Notes: generated by a model from the sequence alone, not told the origin. DNA of 64,000 nt from an uncultured Planctomycetaceae bacterium (GCA_964408455.1 CAYOZN010000023.1:34471-98470); one strand, 5' to 3'; numbered from the stretch's first letter, positions 37,772 through 48,335 are shown. Numbers and translations: made by a program.

Positions 37772-39562
37772 TCAATGCGACTCAGCGAGTTCAATGAGGA
37801 CTCGATCGAGTTCCTGTGTACAGAGATCGAGCAGTTGCAGCGCGTAGTTCTTGTTGTGAATGCCGTTGGATGATTTCACAAACTGGAGATTGGCACGGGC
37901 CAGTTCCACGCGGCGCAGCATATCGGCGGATGCTTCCTGCCCCTGCGATTTGAGTTCGGCCAGCCGGGCGTCCACCCGCTCCAGGGCGGACGTGGCCTCC
38001 GTCACGGACGATTCAATCTCGCTGATCCACTGCTGAAACAGCTTCTCGTAGTCGGCGCTGTGACAGGCGACGCATGTCTGCTGCGTGGCCGCGACCAGTG
38101 GCGTTCCCTTGAAGTCGCTTCCGGCCTCGCTGTGGCAGGCGCGACAGTTCAGCCGCGAGCCGAACATGGCGTTGGGCATCGGTCGATCAACACCCTTGCC
38201 GCCGACGCCCATGAGCATGTGTACCTGCTCGCTGTGGTGATCTGGATGGCAGTGCTGACAATCGTTGCGGACGGGATCGAGAAAACCGCCGTGGCCCGTC
38301 TCAACGTCGGCATCGATGAGCTTGTGATCGATCGCACGATGGCAGTCGAAGCACTTGGCCCTCTGGCCGGCGACGTGGACGCGATGATAGTCCTCCACCG
38401 TCTGCGTGGTGCGAGCATCGAAATCCTTGAGAAAGCGGTCCTGATCGTGGCAGCGGATGCAGTCGCGAACGGATACCACCGCCTCGCCCTGTATGACATC
38501 AAAATGGCAGCTTGCGCAGTCGATATTGCGCTCGACGATGTCACGATGGTCCATCAGGGCTGCGGGCTCCGCGATCCCGGTCGTGGTGGCAGGCATGCCG
38601 TGCACCACGAACTTTCGCGTCGGCGGCTCGTGACAGCGGAGGCACTCCCCGGTGTCATGATTAAAAGCCTGGTTGGTGAAATGGCAGGTGAAACACGTCG
38701 TGAGCGCGACCGAAAAGTGATTGGCGCTGGATGGATCATAGATGTGGCACGCGGAACAGTTGATGTCCTCGAGCTGGAGAAGTCGAATCCGGGAGTGCTC
38801 GAGGCGGAGAAGCTCGGCAGCATCCGCCTGGGCGTCCGAGGCGCCCAGTTCCGCGAGCAATTCCCTTATCGCGGCATCGCGCTGCTCCGCCGGCGCGATG
38901 GAACGCGTGGTCGCCTCAAGGCGATCGAATGCGGCATGACCGAGGCGATCGCGCAGGCGGCGCGACAGGTCCTTTGCGGCGACCGCCAGTTCGGCCACCC
39001 GTTCGGGCACGCCGTCCAGATGCTTGGCGTGCACAAAGGTGACGGTGGGCTTGCGCTCCACTTCCACGGCTTCGGCGCCGACATGGCGGATTTCGGTGCC
39101 GCTGGCGCCGATCGGCAGCTGTTTTGTCTTGAAGGCGCCATCGCCGTGGCAATCCGACGTGAGGCAGCTCTCGTTGGCGACGTGGGCACGCGGGCGACCG
39201 GCGCCGTAACGGCCGCTGAAATAGCTGGCCGCCTGCGAGAGTCCCTTGAACTTGGCCATGACGGTGAACTTTTCGCCGGGGGCATAGTGGCAATCGACGC
39301 AGCGGACATCCAGCGATGCGCCGTGATGGTCGTGCGACCACGACTCGTAATACGGGTCCATGACGTGGCAGCTTCCGCAGAAGTTCGGCTGCGCGGTGTA
39401 GTATTCCGCCCCTCCGATGCCGGCCGCCCCGGCGACAAGCAATAGGCCGAGCAGAATGAAGCAGAAGCGAATGACGCGGCGCCGGCGCGACGGCTGGGCC
39501 TTCTTCTGGTCAGCGCCGGAATCGGTTGGTTCAGCCTGCGGTTGCGGTTGGGGCGAGTCCAT
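37772..39562 (-). CDS. membrane-anchored multiheme c-type cytochrome (NapC/NirT-like N-terminus, ~11 CxxCH)
   Basis: N-terminal TM helix followed by CGSCH and CVDCH as in NapC/NirT. Further heme sites CSACH, CFTCH, CLRCH, CASCH, CIRCH, CFDCH, CQHCH, CRACH, CVACH. ATG at 39562 after GGGAGA. Confidence 0.8.
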   Translation of the reverse strand: MDSPQPQPQAEPTDSGADQKKAQPSRRRRVIRFCFILLGLLLVAGAAGIGGAEYYTAQPNFCGSCHVMDPYYESWSHDHHGASLDVRCVDCHYAPGEKFTVMAKFKGLSQAASYFSGRYGAGRPRAHVANESCLTSDCHGDGAFKTKQLPIGASGTEIRHVGAEAVEVERKPTVTFVHAKHLDGVPERVAELAVAAKDLSRRLRDRLGHAAFDRLEATTRSIAPAEQRDAAIRELLAELGASDAQADAAELLRLEHSRIRLLQLEDINCSACHIYDPSSANHFSVALTTCFTCHFTNQAFNHDTGECLRCHEPPTRKFVVHGMPATTTGIAEPAALMDHRDIVERNIDCASCHFDVIQGEAVVSVRDCIRCHDQDRFLKDFDARTTQTVEDYHRVHVAGQRAKCFDCHRAIDHKLIDADVETGHGGFLDPVRNDCQHCHPDHHSEQVHMLMGVGGKGVDRPMPNAMFGSRLNCRACHSEAGSDFKGTPLVAATQQTCVACHSADYEKLFQQWISEIESSVTEATSALERVDARLAELKSQGQEASADMLRRVELARANLQFVKSSNGIHNKNYALQLLDLCTQELDRVLIELAESH

Positions 39563-39711
39563 CAATGTCTCCCATGAGGTATTCGCCGGGAATCAGATCG
39601 TTGTCGCGCGGCTGCGCGACTTGGGGGCTGATGTTATCGCCCGACCAGTTATAATGCACGCCATGCGTGCCGTGAGTCGATCGCCGGATCGCACGTGCTC
39701 GGGCATGCGAT

Positions 39712-42700
39712 GTGAACACGATGAGGCTCACCAGGGGCACTGCATTTCTGCTGTCGGCGGTCGCGCACGTGTGCGCGACTCCGGGTCTGCGCGCCCAGCC
39801 AGCTGACGATGTACGTCATCCGATCATCGCGCGGCCCGACGGCGTCGTCACCGGACAGCAGGAACTTGTCCTGCAAATGCCGACGGATGTGGCGATCTCG
39901 CCTGCCGGCGACATCTACATCGCCGACGGCGTGTCCGATCGCATCGTTCATATTCCGGCCGGAGGCGGCGAACCCGTTTTCATTCATTCCATCGGCGAGG
40001 AAAATCTGTCGCGGCCGGTCGGCGTCGGCGTCGATGCGAACGGACAGTTGCTCGTCGCGGATACCGGGAATCACCGCGGAATAATCCGCAGCGCGACCGG
40101 AGAGGCGCGCATCATCACGCCTGCAGGGCACGCCGGCGAACACGGTCCTGACATCACGGACATCGCGGCATCGCCCGATGGTCAGGTCGTGTGGCTGGTC
40201 AATAACGACGGGCACCAGCTGATCCGGCACGATCTGGGAACGAACACTCAGATCGCCATCGGGCAACCGGGTGAGTCACTGGGGCAACTCCAATACCCAT
40301 TTCAACTTGCGGTGTCTTTGACCGGACACGTTCATGTCACCGACGTGATCAACGGCCGCGTGTCGGTTTTCAATGCCGAGGGCAGGCCGATTCGTACCAT
40401 CGCTTCATATGGCGTGGAGGCCGGCGAGCTTTACCGCCCCAAGGGTGTGGCGGTTGACGGCTCGGGTCGCGTCTGGGCGAGCGACAGCGTGCTCGGCGTG
40501 GTGCAGGTGTTCAATGCCGACGGCGGCCTGCTCGATGTGGTCCGCGCGCCCGATGGGGCCGTCCTGCGACTTTCCTCCCCGATGGGGCTGGCCATTGCGG
40601 GCGAAACGCTCTGGGTGGTGGAACTGGGGGCGGATCGCGTCAGCCGGTTTCAATTGCAATTAACGGATGCACCGCCGCGGCCCAGGCCGCGCGGCACGCG
40701 CCCCCAGCTGGTCGCTCAGCAGGCGCGCTCGTGCACGGTGTGCCATATGGAGTGGATGCCGCCGCTGGCGGACGGCATGGCCACGGAGATTGCCCCCCTG
40801 CCGCCGTCGACGCCCGCATCACCTTTTGTCAGCCGGGCGGAAGTGTGTCTATCGTGTCACGATGGCGGCATTGTCGATTCGCGCCGGCGCGTATGGCTCG
40901 AGCACGGACACCGGACGGGCGTGCCGCCGCGGGCCGGGATGAAGGTGCCGAAGGAACTGCCGCTCGTCGAGGGCAGGATCGCCTGCCGCACCTGCCACAC
41001 GGCCCACGCCGGCGGCAATTTCACCGGCGACATGGCGACGTCCATTTTCCTGCGGGTCGAGAACTCGGCCAGCCAGCTTTGCATTGGGTGCCATGCCGAT
41101 TACACTCGCGGCCCCTCCCTCGGCACCCATCCCACGGGCGGCATGCCCTGGCCGATTCCCGACCGGCTCGTGGCTGCCGGGGCCAAGGTGGGGCCGAACA
41201 ATCGCGAGATCACCTGCCAGGTATGTCATACGCCGCACGGATCGTCGTACGATCACCTGCTGGTGCTGGGCACGTCGTCGAACGAACTCTGCGTGACCTG
41301 TCACGGTCAGATGCGGCCGGGCATGTTTCGCGAGGAAACCCACGCGGCACATCCGCTGTCGGCGGTCCTCAACGAAGAGCAAAAGGCCACCGTCGAGCGG
41401 CTGGGAACGCGAACCGGGCCCAATGATCAGATCATCTGCCTCTCCTGCCACAAGCTTCACCTTGGCAAGGGCGAACGGTTCATGCTGGCGGCCGAGTTGA
41501 CCGACAGCGAGATGTGCATCTCGTGCCACGCTGAAAAGCGCGCCATGCTCGGCTCGTCGCACGATCTGCGAGAAAACTTTCCCGAGGAGAAGAACCGGCT
41601 GGGCATGACGCCGCAGACCGGGGGTCCTTGCAGCAGTTGCCACATGTTTCATCGTTACGCCCGTGCGCCGGAGACACACCCGCTCGATCCGCAGGGGCAG
41701 TGCATCACGTGCCACCAGCAGGACCGCTGCGCCGAACAGGTGTCGCTGGGATCAATCAACCATCCGAAGGCGCGATGCACGGATTGTCACAATCCGCACG
41801 AATTGAGATTCCCGCACTATCTATCGGCCAGACCCGAAGACGTCTGTGCAAAATGCCACGTCGACCAGGTTCGGCTGGCGGGCGGGCCACACGACTGGCA
41901 TCGGTCCCCCGCGGACCCGTCCAATCAGCAGATCGCGGATTGGCCCGCGGCCTCCTTGCAGGCGGCCGATCGCTGCCTGGCCTGTCACCGGCCTCACGGA
42001 GACGAGACGCATGGCCTGTTTCGCGTTCCACCGGCAAAAGGCGAGCCGTCTCACGAGGCGGCGTGCATTGCATGCCATCCGGGCGCGGCGCGGCACGCGA
42101 CGGGCAGCCAGGCGGCGCTGCATCCACGCCAGGTGCCGGCCGAGGCGGTGTCGGGCGCCCTGCCGACATTTGCGGCCGAACGCATGGATGAGCGGACGAT
42201 TGCCTGCCTGACCTGCCACAATCCGCACGCCGGAAGCGGGCTACCCTCGCTGGTGCGCGTGCCGCCGGGGCAGCCGGCGGCGCAGCTCTGCTCGGAGTGC
42301 CATCGCCATGTCGCGCCGATCGCGCTGACCGCTCATTCGCCGGATCGGCTGCTGGCGGCAGGACTCGATGCCCACACCTGCACGCCCTGCCACGCCGTGC
42401 ACGGCGACGCATCCAGGGTCGACAACCGCTTCCTGACGAGCGTGCCTGCCGCGCTGGGCGATGCGGCGCTTGCGGCCCTGCCGGCGTCGAATCGCATGTG
42501 CCTCTCGTGTCATCGCGATGACGGTCCGGCCCCGCGGCCCCCCGTCTGGGACCATCCCGAGGTTCCAATGCGGGCGATCAGTCACTCGGCGGCACAGTCG
42601 AATCTGCCGCTGTTCGATGAAACCGGCATGCCGTCGGCCGACGGGCGGATCGGCTGCCCGACGTGCCACGTGCCGCACGGTCATTCCATGGACTCGGCCC

Positions 42701-42921
42701 AGATGGCGCGGCTGGCGGGGCTGAGCCCGGCCGAGCGCAGCGCCACGCAGCTGCTCCTGCGGCCGTTCGAAGCCCCGAACGTGTGTACCACGTGCCACGG
42801 GGCCGATGCCCTGCGGCGGTTTCTGTATTATCATGACAGCGAGCGCCGCGGCGGATCGCTGTTGAACCCCTCGGCGCTGCGCGAGCTGGGCGCGACGCCT
42901 GACGGGACGACCGGTGGCTAG
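39712..42921 (+). CDS. secreted NHL-repeat beta-propeller fused to a ~20-heme c-type cytochrome domain
   Basis: Signal peptide. About 6 NHL repeats (SRPVGVGVDANGQLLVADTGNHRGI, LYRPKGVAVDGSGRVWASDS ...). 20 CxxCH motifs from CTVCH to CTTCH. GTG start at 39712, ATG alternative at 39721. Confidence 0.8.
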   Translation: MNTMRLTRGTAFLLSAVAHVCATPGLRAQPADDVRHPIIARPDGVVTGQQELVLQMPTDVAISPAGDIYIADGVSDRIVHIPAGGGEPVFIHSIGEENLSRPVGVGVDANGQLLVADTGNHRGIIRSATGEARIITPAGHAGEHGPDITDIAASPDGQVVWLVNNDGHQLIRHDLGTNTQIAIGQPGESLGQLQYPFQLAVSLTGHVHVTDVINGRVSVFNAEGRPIRTIASYGVEAGELYRPKGVAVDGSGRVWASDSVLGVVQVFNADGGLLDVVRAPDGAVLRLSSPMGLAIAGETLWVVELGADRVSRFQLQLTDAPPRPRPRGTRPQLVAQQARSCTVCHMEWMPPLADGMATEIAPLPPSTPASPFVSRAEVCLSCHDGGIVDSRRRVWLEHGHRTGVPPRAGMKVPKELPLVEGRIACRTCHTAHAGGNFTGDMATSIFLRVENSASQLCIGCHADYTRGPSLGTHPTGGMPWPIPDRLVAAGAKVGPNNREITCQVCHTPHGSSYDHLLVLGTSSNELCVTCHGQMRPGMFREETHAAHPLSAVLNEEQKATVERLGTRTGPNDQIICLSCHKLHLGKGERFMLAAELTDSEMCISCHAEKRAMLGSSHDLRENFPEEKNRLGMTPQTGGPCSSCHMFHRYARAPETHPLDPQGQCITCHQQDRCAEQVSLGSINHPKARCTDCHNPHELRFPHYLSARPEDVCAKCHVDQVRLAGGPHDWHRSPADPSNQQIADWPAASLQAADRCLACHRPHGDETHGLFRVPPAKGEPSHEAACIACHPGAARHATGSQAALHPRQVPAEAVSGALPTFAAERMDERTIACLTCHNPHAGSGLPSLVRVPPGQPAAQLCSECHRHVAPIALTAHSPDRLLAAGLDAHTCTPCHAVHGDASRVDNRFLTSVPAALGDAALAALPASNRMCLSCHRDDGPAPRPPVWDHPEVPMRAISHSAAQSNLPLFDETGMPSADGRIGCPTCHVPHGHSMDSAQMARLAGLSPAERSATQLLLRPFEAPNVCTTCHGADALRRFLYYHDSERRGGSLLNPSALRELGATPDGTTGG

Positions 42922-42958
42922 AAAAAGCGACGACGATTGAAACCGCGGGAGGCGTGAG

Positions 42959-43774
42959 ATGATATTAAAGTCGAAAAATGCGAGGATGCGCAGCTGGATG
43001 GCACTGGTATCGAGTGCGGCAGTTTCGGTTTCGGTGCTCGCCGCATGCTCCAAGGACGAAGTTCCACCGGCACCGGATTCGGTTCGGGCGCGGGCCCAGT
43101 CGGGCGACAACCGCGCGACGGCCAACCGGACGAATGCAGACACGACGTCCGGGGCTGGCTCGACAGCCGCCTTGCCGCCCGGTCACCCGCCGATCGCGGG
43201 CGCGACGCCACGCTCGTCGCAGGCGGGAGATGGCAGCGCCTTGCCGCCCGGCCATCCGCCGATGACCGCCGTGCCACCGCCCGGCGAAGCATCCCGGCAA
43301 GCCGCGGCGGCCGGTCCGAAGTACGACGTGCCCGCGGGATGGCAGTCACAGACGCCGAAGAGTTCCATGCGCAAGGCGGAGTTCGTACTGCCGCGGGCTG
43401 ACGGCGATACAGAGGACGGGCAAATGATCATGTATTATTTCGGCGCGGGGGGCGCCGGGGCCGTGGACGCAAACATAGCGCGCTGGAAAGGCATGTTTAC
43501 CACAGCCGATGGCAGCGCGGTGCCGGAGGACCTGGTCAAGGTCACCACCACCGAGGCGAACGGACTGAAGGCGACGCTGCTGGACGTGACCGGGCGATAC
43601 ACCGATTCGATGAGCGGGCGGCCGCAGGCTTCGACCGAGGACTTTCGCATGCTGGCGGCGATCCTCGACACGCCGGAGGGGCCCTACTTCTTCAAGGCGG
43701 TCGGACCGGTCAAGACGATGGCTGGGCATGAGAAAGCGCTTGGGGAGTTTATCGCGTCGATGCGGATGGAGTGA
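42959..43774 (+). CDS. hypothetical lipoprotein with duplicated ALPPGHPP motif
   Basis: SD-like motif plus ATG. Lipobox VLAACS. Two copies of ALPPGHPP(I/M) in a Pro/Ala-rich linker. Globular C-terminal domain of unknown function. Confidence 0.5.
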   Translation: MILKSKNARMRSWMALVSSAAVSVSVLAACSKDEVPPAPDSVRARAQSGDNRATANRTNADTTSGAGSTAALPPGHPPIAGATPRSSQAGDGSALPPGHPPMTAVPPPGEASRQAAAAGPKYDVPAGWQSQTPKSSMRKAEFVLPRADGDTEDGQMIMYYFGAGGAGAVDANIARWKGMFTTADGSAVPEDLVKVTTTEANGLKATLLDVTGRYTDSMSGRPQASTEDFRMLAAILDTPEGPYFFKAVGPVKTMAGHEKALGEFIASMRME

Positions 43775-43790
43775 CGGCGAGTTTGCACGA

Positions 43791-45209
43791 TCAGGCGGTT
43801 GCAGCGCTTCTGAACATGGCCCGCGCCGCTTCACGTGCCTTGGCGTGATCGACGATCGGTGCGGGATAATCCTCTCCATTAATGCAGCCATATCCGCGCT
43901 GGTCGAGCTCGCCCGCCTTCCACGGCGCGTGAATCAGCCTATCGGGGTACTCGCGCAGCTCCGGCACGAATTGGCGGATGTATTCGCCATTCGAATCATA
44001 CTTCTCCGACTGCGAAACGGGATTAAAAATGCGGAAGAACGGCTGTGCATCCGTCCCGGTGCTCGCCGCCCATTGCCAGCCGCCGATATTCTGAGACAGA
44101 TCGTAGTCGAGCAGCTTGCGCGCAAAGTATTGCTCGCCCTTCTTCCAGTCGATGCGCAGGTCCTTGGTAAGAAACGAGGCGGTGATCATGCGCAGGCGGT
44201 TGTGCATAAAGCCGGTCGCGTTCAACTCGCGCATGCCGGCATCAACAATCGGGTACCCGGTAAGGCCGTTGCACCATGCGGCGAAGTCCTGTTCGCTGTC
44301 CCGCCACGCCAGCCGGTCGTATTGCGGCTGAAATGCATGTGTCTGCGTGTGTGGGAAGTGGTGCAAAATCATGTTGTAGAAATCGCGCCAGATGAGTTCA
44401 TCCAGCCATTTCCGAGAGCCCGGCGTGTTATGTTCGAGTGCCGCCCGGACGGCCTCACGGATGCTGAGGGTCCCGAAACGCAGGTGAACCGACAGGCGGC
44501 TGGTGCCATCCCTCGCGGGAAAATCGCGTTTCTCGCCGTAGTCGTCGACCTTCTTGAAGAACGCTCGCAGCATGGCACGACCGCGCTTCGTGCCGCCGGG
44601 CCACTTCAGATCGGTCTTTTCGAAGCCCAGATCGCCGAGCGTCCATTGGTCCGATCTGACGGACCTGGGCGGGTCGGGGAGCTTGTGAAAGCGACGTGCA
44701 ACGGGATAGGGTCGGTAATGATCCTCGGTGAGTGCCATCCGCCAGGCATTTCGATACGGCGTATAGATCTTGAACGGCGTACCGCTGCCGGTCAGGATTT
44801 CGTCCTTCTCGAAGATGACGTGATCCTTGAACGTGCGGAGCTCGCGGCCATCGCGGGCCAGTGACTTGGCGACATTCGCGTCGCGCTTCAGCCGGCGCGG
44901 CTCGTAATCGTGATTGGCATAGACACGGTCCAACTTCAGCTCGGCCGCCAGCGCCGGCAGGACCTCGGAGGCCTGCCCGTGGCGGACGATCAGGCGCGAG
45001 CCACGTTCGCGCAGCATCGCGTCCATCTCGCAAACCGACTGGTGGATGAACTCGACGCGGCGGTCGTCACGGTCATGCAGATTGTCCAGGATGTCGCGAT
45101 CGAAGCAGAAGGTGCAATACACCTCATCGCACTCAACGAGCGCGCGATAGAATGCGGCATTATCATCCAGACGCAGATCGCGACGGAACCACATCAGGCC
45201 GCGGGTCAT
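43791..45209 (-). CDS. phr: deoxyribodipyrimidine photolyase (CPD photolyase/cryptochrome family)
   Basis: N-terminus LMWFRRDLRLDDNAAF. FAD-binding-domain signatures TGYPIVDAGMREL, GFMHNRLRMITASFL, GGWQWAASTGTD. ATG at 45209 (the ORF track over-extends to 45440). Confidence 0.85.
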   Translation of the reverse strand: MTRGLMWFRRDLRLDDNAAFYRALVECDEVYCTFCFDRDILDNLHDRDDRRVEFIHQSVCEMDAMLRERGSRLIVRHGQASEVLPALAAELKLDRVYANHDYEPRRLKRDANVAKSLARDGRELRTFKDHVIFEKDEILTGSGTPFKIYTPYRNAWRMALTEDHYRPYPVARRFHKLPDPPRSVRSDQWTLGDLGFEKTDLKWPGGTKRGRAMLRAFFKKVDDYGEKRDFPARDGTSRLSVHLRFGTLSIREAVRAALEHNTPGSRKWLDELIWRDFYNMILHHFPHTQTHAFQPQYDRLAWRDSEQDFAAWCNGLTGYPIVDAGMRELNATGFMHNRLRMITASFLTKDLRIDWKKGEQYFARKLLDYDLSQNIGGWQWAASTGTDAQPFFRIFNPVSQSEKYDSNGEYIRQFVPELREYPDRLIHAPWKAGELDQRGYGCINGEDYPAPIVDHAKAREAARAMFRSAATA

Positions 45210-45386
45210 GCACTTCCTTATTAATTCAGGACCAGGCGTTCTGCCCAGAGCGTAGGAGCGAGTGAATTTGACACGCATCCGGTTTCGGCCATCCTTGACC
45301 ATTGTAGCTGGGCGTGCGACGTCCCGGGAAAAGAGACCGGGCGCGTAGATTTTCAGGGGGCGTGTCCGGCAAAGCTCTTCCAGGAG

Positions 45387-45917
45387 ATGTGCGTGGGCGT
45401 GGAGATCAGCAAGTGTGAGAAGCAGGCCGGCGCATTTCAACTTCTCACGGAGTCCTGCATTCCCCGGCCGATCGGACAGGTTTTCGCGTTCTTCAGCGAT
45501 GCCCGCAATCTGGAGCGCATCACGCCGCCCTGGCTGTCATTCCGTGTACTGACGCCGGAGCCGGTAGAGATGCGGTGCGGCACGCTGATCGATTACCGCC
45601 TCCGGATTCGCGGACTGCCGGTGCGATGGCAAAGCGAGATCACGGCGTGGGACCCGCCCCACCGCTTTGTCGACGAGCAGCGGCGCGGGCCATACCGCTA
45701 TTGGCGCCACGAACACGTCTTTGAGAGCCGGGGCGATGGCACCCTCGTGCGGGATTGCGTGACGTATCGTGTGCCGCTTGGCTGGATTGTGAACCGTCTC
45801 CTGGTCGCCCCCGATCTCCGGCGCGTGTTTGAATACCGCGCCAGCGTGCTGAAGACGATTTTCGCAGGCCAGCCGCCGACCGGGAATGCGGACAGCGCGG
45901 GGCTGATCATCAGTTAA
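45387..45917 (+). CDS. SRPBCC (START/Bet v1-like, polyketide-cyclase/CoxG-type) ligand-binding protein
   Basis: AGGAG SD-like motif plus ATG. Single-domain ~170-aa fold pattern. Diverges from the photolyase gene. Confidence 0.65.
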   Translation: MCVGVEISKCEKQAGAFQLLTESCIPRPIGQVFAFFSDARNLERITPPWLSFRVLTPEPVEMRCGTLIDYRLRIRGLPVRWQSEITAWDPPHRFVDEQRRGPYRYWRHEHVFESRGDGTLVRDCVTYRVPLGWIVNRLLVAPDLRRVFEYRASVLKTIFAGQPPTGNADSAGLIIS

Positions 45918-46196
45918 CAGAACTGACGGATGTTCGGGCGTAAACTGCCGTGCCCCAAACAGCCCGGGTCAATGAGGTTACCCGCCTAAGCGCCTGCATC
46001 CTATAACCTTGCGATATGCTCAGGCCGATGGCCGCTGTGCCATGCACTCGACGCGGGACAAGTAGGCGGACGCTACAATTCTATTGAAGGGTTCGCATTA
46101 CCAGCAGTATGATACCGCGCGTCCGAGTGGTCTTAGGCACCGCTCGGAGTCGGCCGACGTCCGATCATAAACCTCCTCGCAGAGGAATCCAAAATC

Positions 46197-48266
46197 ATGT
46201 CCCGCAACCTCTCCCGACTCGATCTGCTTCATGGCGTTCGCGTGCGCACGCTGGCCTTCGCGCTGGCGCTGAGCGCAATGCCCTTGTGGTGGGCCTGTGG
46301 CACGGCCCCGCTTTCCGACTCGGAGCAGGCAGGTTCGCTTCACATCCCGCGCGATACGCAGACGCAGCAGCCTGCCGGCGCCCCGTTGGTAGCGCCCGAT
46401 GCCCCGGCCGAGTTCGCCGGCGCCGATGGCGATGATAACGCGACCGGCGGCGACTCCCTCCCGCGCGACATCGAAGAGGCCGATATCATCAAGATCGTCG
46501 GCGACACCCTCTATGCGCTCAATCGCTACAAGGGCCTGCTGATCGTCGATGTCGCAGATCCCGATGCACCGGCGCTGATTGGCACCCTCGATCTGAAGGG
46601 CCGCGGCGTCGAGATGTATGTCGTGGGCACGCAGGCCTTCGTGCTGCTTAGCGCCGATTACTATTACTATGCCTACGACGTGGCGGTCGCCGGCGGCGGC
46701 ACGGTCGCCGTCGAAGATGCCGGCCTCAGCATCGCTGCCGATGGCCCCATTCCGCCGCAGCCCGATTTCGAGGGCAGCCAGCTCGCCGTCGTCGACGTAT
46801 CGGATCCGGCGGCGCCCGCCGTCGAGGGCAAGATCAACCTGGTCGGCTTTGCCAACGAGAGTCGCCGTGTCGGCAACGTGATCTACGTGATCGGCACCAA
46901 CCTGAATCGCTACATGTACTTTGCCGAGTCGGACACGGCCGGCACGGGCTTCGTCGCATCCATCAACGTCGCCGATCCCGGCAACATCGAAGCCGTGGAA
47001 CGCAAGGAGATTTCGGGTCAGGGCCTGCACATGCACGCGTCGGATTCGACGATTTTTGCCGGCAGCCAGTTCTACGATTCGAACGCCAGCCAGTCCTACA
47101 CGCGCGTCCAGGTCATCGACATTTCCGATGCCGCCGGCGCCATCGCGTTGCGCGACGCCTTCGATGTACCGGGCAACATTCGCAACCGGTTCTACATGGA
47201 CGATTACGACGGCACTTTCCGCATCGCCACCGAGTCGTGGGGATTCGGCTTCCAGGAGGTCCGCCTGTTTACCTATGATCTCGCCGATCTGGACGACGTG
47301 CAGCCGCTGGGCGAGACGCAGATCATTCAGAACGAGTCCCTCGAGGCCGTTCGGTTCGACGGCGTTCGGGGCTACGCGGTCACCTTCCTCCGCGTCGATC
47401 CGCTGTTTGTCATCGACCTCAGCGATCCGGCGAATCCGCAGGTGACCGGCGAGCTGGAGGTGCCGGGCTTCTCGACGCATATCGAGCCGCGCGGCAATCG
47501 CCTGATCGCGGTGGGTATCGATGACACCGACGGCAATCGCCCCGCCGTCGCCTACTACGACGTAGAGGATCCCGCAAATCCCAAGCAGCTTGGTCGCGTC
47601 ATCCTCGGCCCGCCGGGATCATACACATCGTCCGAAGCGACATACGACGAAAAGGCCTTCAAGATCGTCGATGAGCTTGGCCTGATCGCGATTCCGTTCT
47701 ATCACATCGATTACAACAGCGTCGTACCGGTGACGGATGTTGTCGAGCCCGGTACGCCCGACGTGCTTCCCGCCCCCGGCGCAGAGCCCGGCGCGGCTGC
47801 CAGAGATGACGCCTTCGCCCCGACGCCGAAGTGCACCAGCGGCGTGCAATTGATCGACTTCAGCGATTCGGCCCTGACGGCGCGCGGCGCCTTCGATACG
47901 CGCGGCGTCGTCAGCCGCGTCGGTGTGCTGGGCGATCGCGTGTTCGCCCTGTCCGAATCGTCGCTCCAGACGTTCGACATCAACGACCGGGATGCGCCAC
48001 AGCTTCGCGGCGATCTTGGCTTCTTCAGCGCCGAAGAAATGGTCATGTTCGACCAGTGCGGCTACTATGGCTGGCCGTTCGAATTCGACCGCGGCTTCGG
48101 CGGGTCCGATGGCGGCGACATCTTCTTCCTGTTCGATGAAGGCGCCATGCGGGCATTGTTCGACATGCTCGGCTCCTGCGGCGCCATGGGAGGGGCGGCC
48201 GCCTTCATGACGGTCGGCGGCATGTTTGTCATGTCGCGGCGCCTCCGGCGGCAAAGGCGGCGCTGA
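46197..48266 (+). CDS. secreted LVIVD-repeat beta-propeller protein with C-terminal TM anchor and basic tail
   Basis: Signal peptide. Repeated hydrophobic-VxDhSDP motifs: GLLIVDVADPDAP, LAVVDVSDPAAP, VQVIDISDAAGA, LFVIDLSDPANPQ, VAYYDVEDPANP. C-terminal hydrophobic segment followed by RRLRRQRRR. Confidence 0.7.
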   Translation: MSRNLSRLDLLHGVRVRTLAFALALSAMPLWWACGTAPLSDSEQAGSLHIPRDTQTQQPAGAPLVAPDAPAEFAGADGDDNATGGDSLPRDIEEADIIKIVGDTLYALNRYKGLLIVDVADPDAPALIGTLDLKGRGVEMYVVGTQAFVLLSADYYYYAYDVAVAGGGTVAVEDAGLSIAADGPIPPQPDFEGSQLAVVDVSDPAAPAVEGKINLVGFANESRRVGNVIYVIGTNLNRYMYFAESDTAGTGFVASINVADPGNIEAVERKEISGQGLHMHASDSTIFAGSQFYDSNASQSYTRVQVIDISDAAGAIALRDAFDVPGNIRNRFYMDDYDGTFRIATESWGFGFQEVRLFTYDLADLDDVQPLGETQIIQNESLEAVRFDGVRGYAVTFLRVDPLFVIDLSDPANPQVTGELEVPGFSTHIEPRGNRLIAVGIDDTDGNRPAVAYYDVEDPANPKQLGRVILGPPGSYTSSEATYDEKAFKIVDELGLIAIPFYHIDYNSVVPVTDVVEPGTPDVLPAPGAEPGAAARDDAFAPTPKCTSGVQLIDFSDSALTARGAFDTRGVVSRVGVLGDRVFALSESSLQTFDINDRDAPQLRGDLGFFSAEEMVMFDQCGYYGWPFEFDRGFGGSDGGDIFFLFDEGAMRALFDMLGSCGAMGGAAAFMTVGGMFVMSRRLRRQRRR

Positions 48267-48299
48267 ACCGGCTCGACGTATCTGGTTTTCAAACTGACA

Positions 48300-48335
48300 A
48301 GGCCCGGTCGCGTTCAGCGCGCCGGGCCTTTTCGT
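48300..48335 (+). terminator. rho-independent terminator after the LVIVD-repeat gene
   Basis: GGCCCGG-14nt loop-CCGGGCC followed by TTTTCGTT. Confidence 0.5.
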
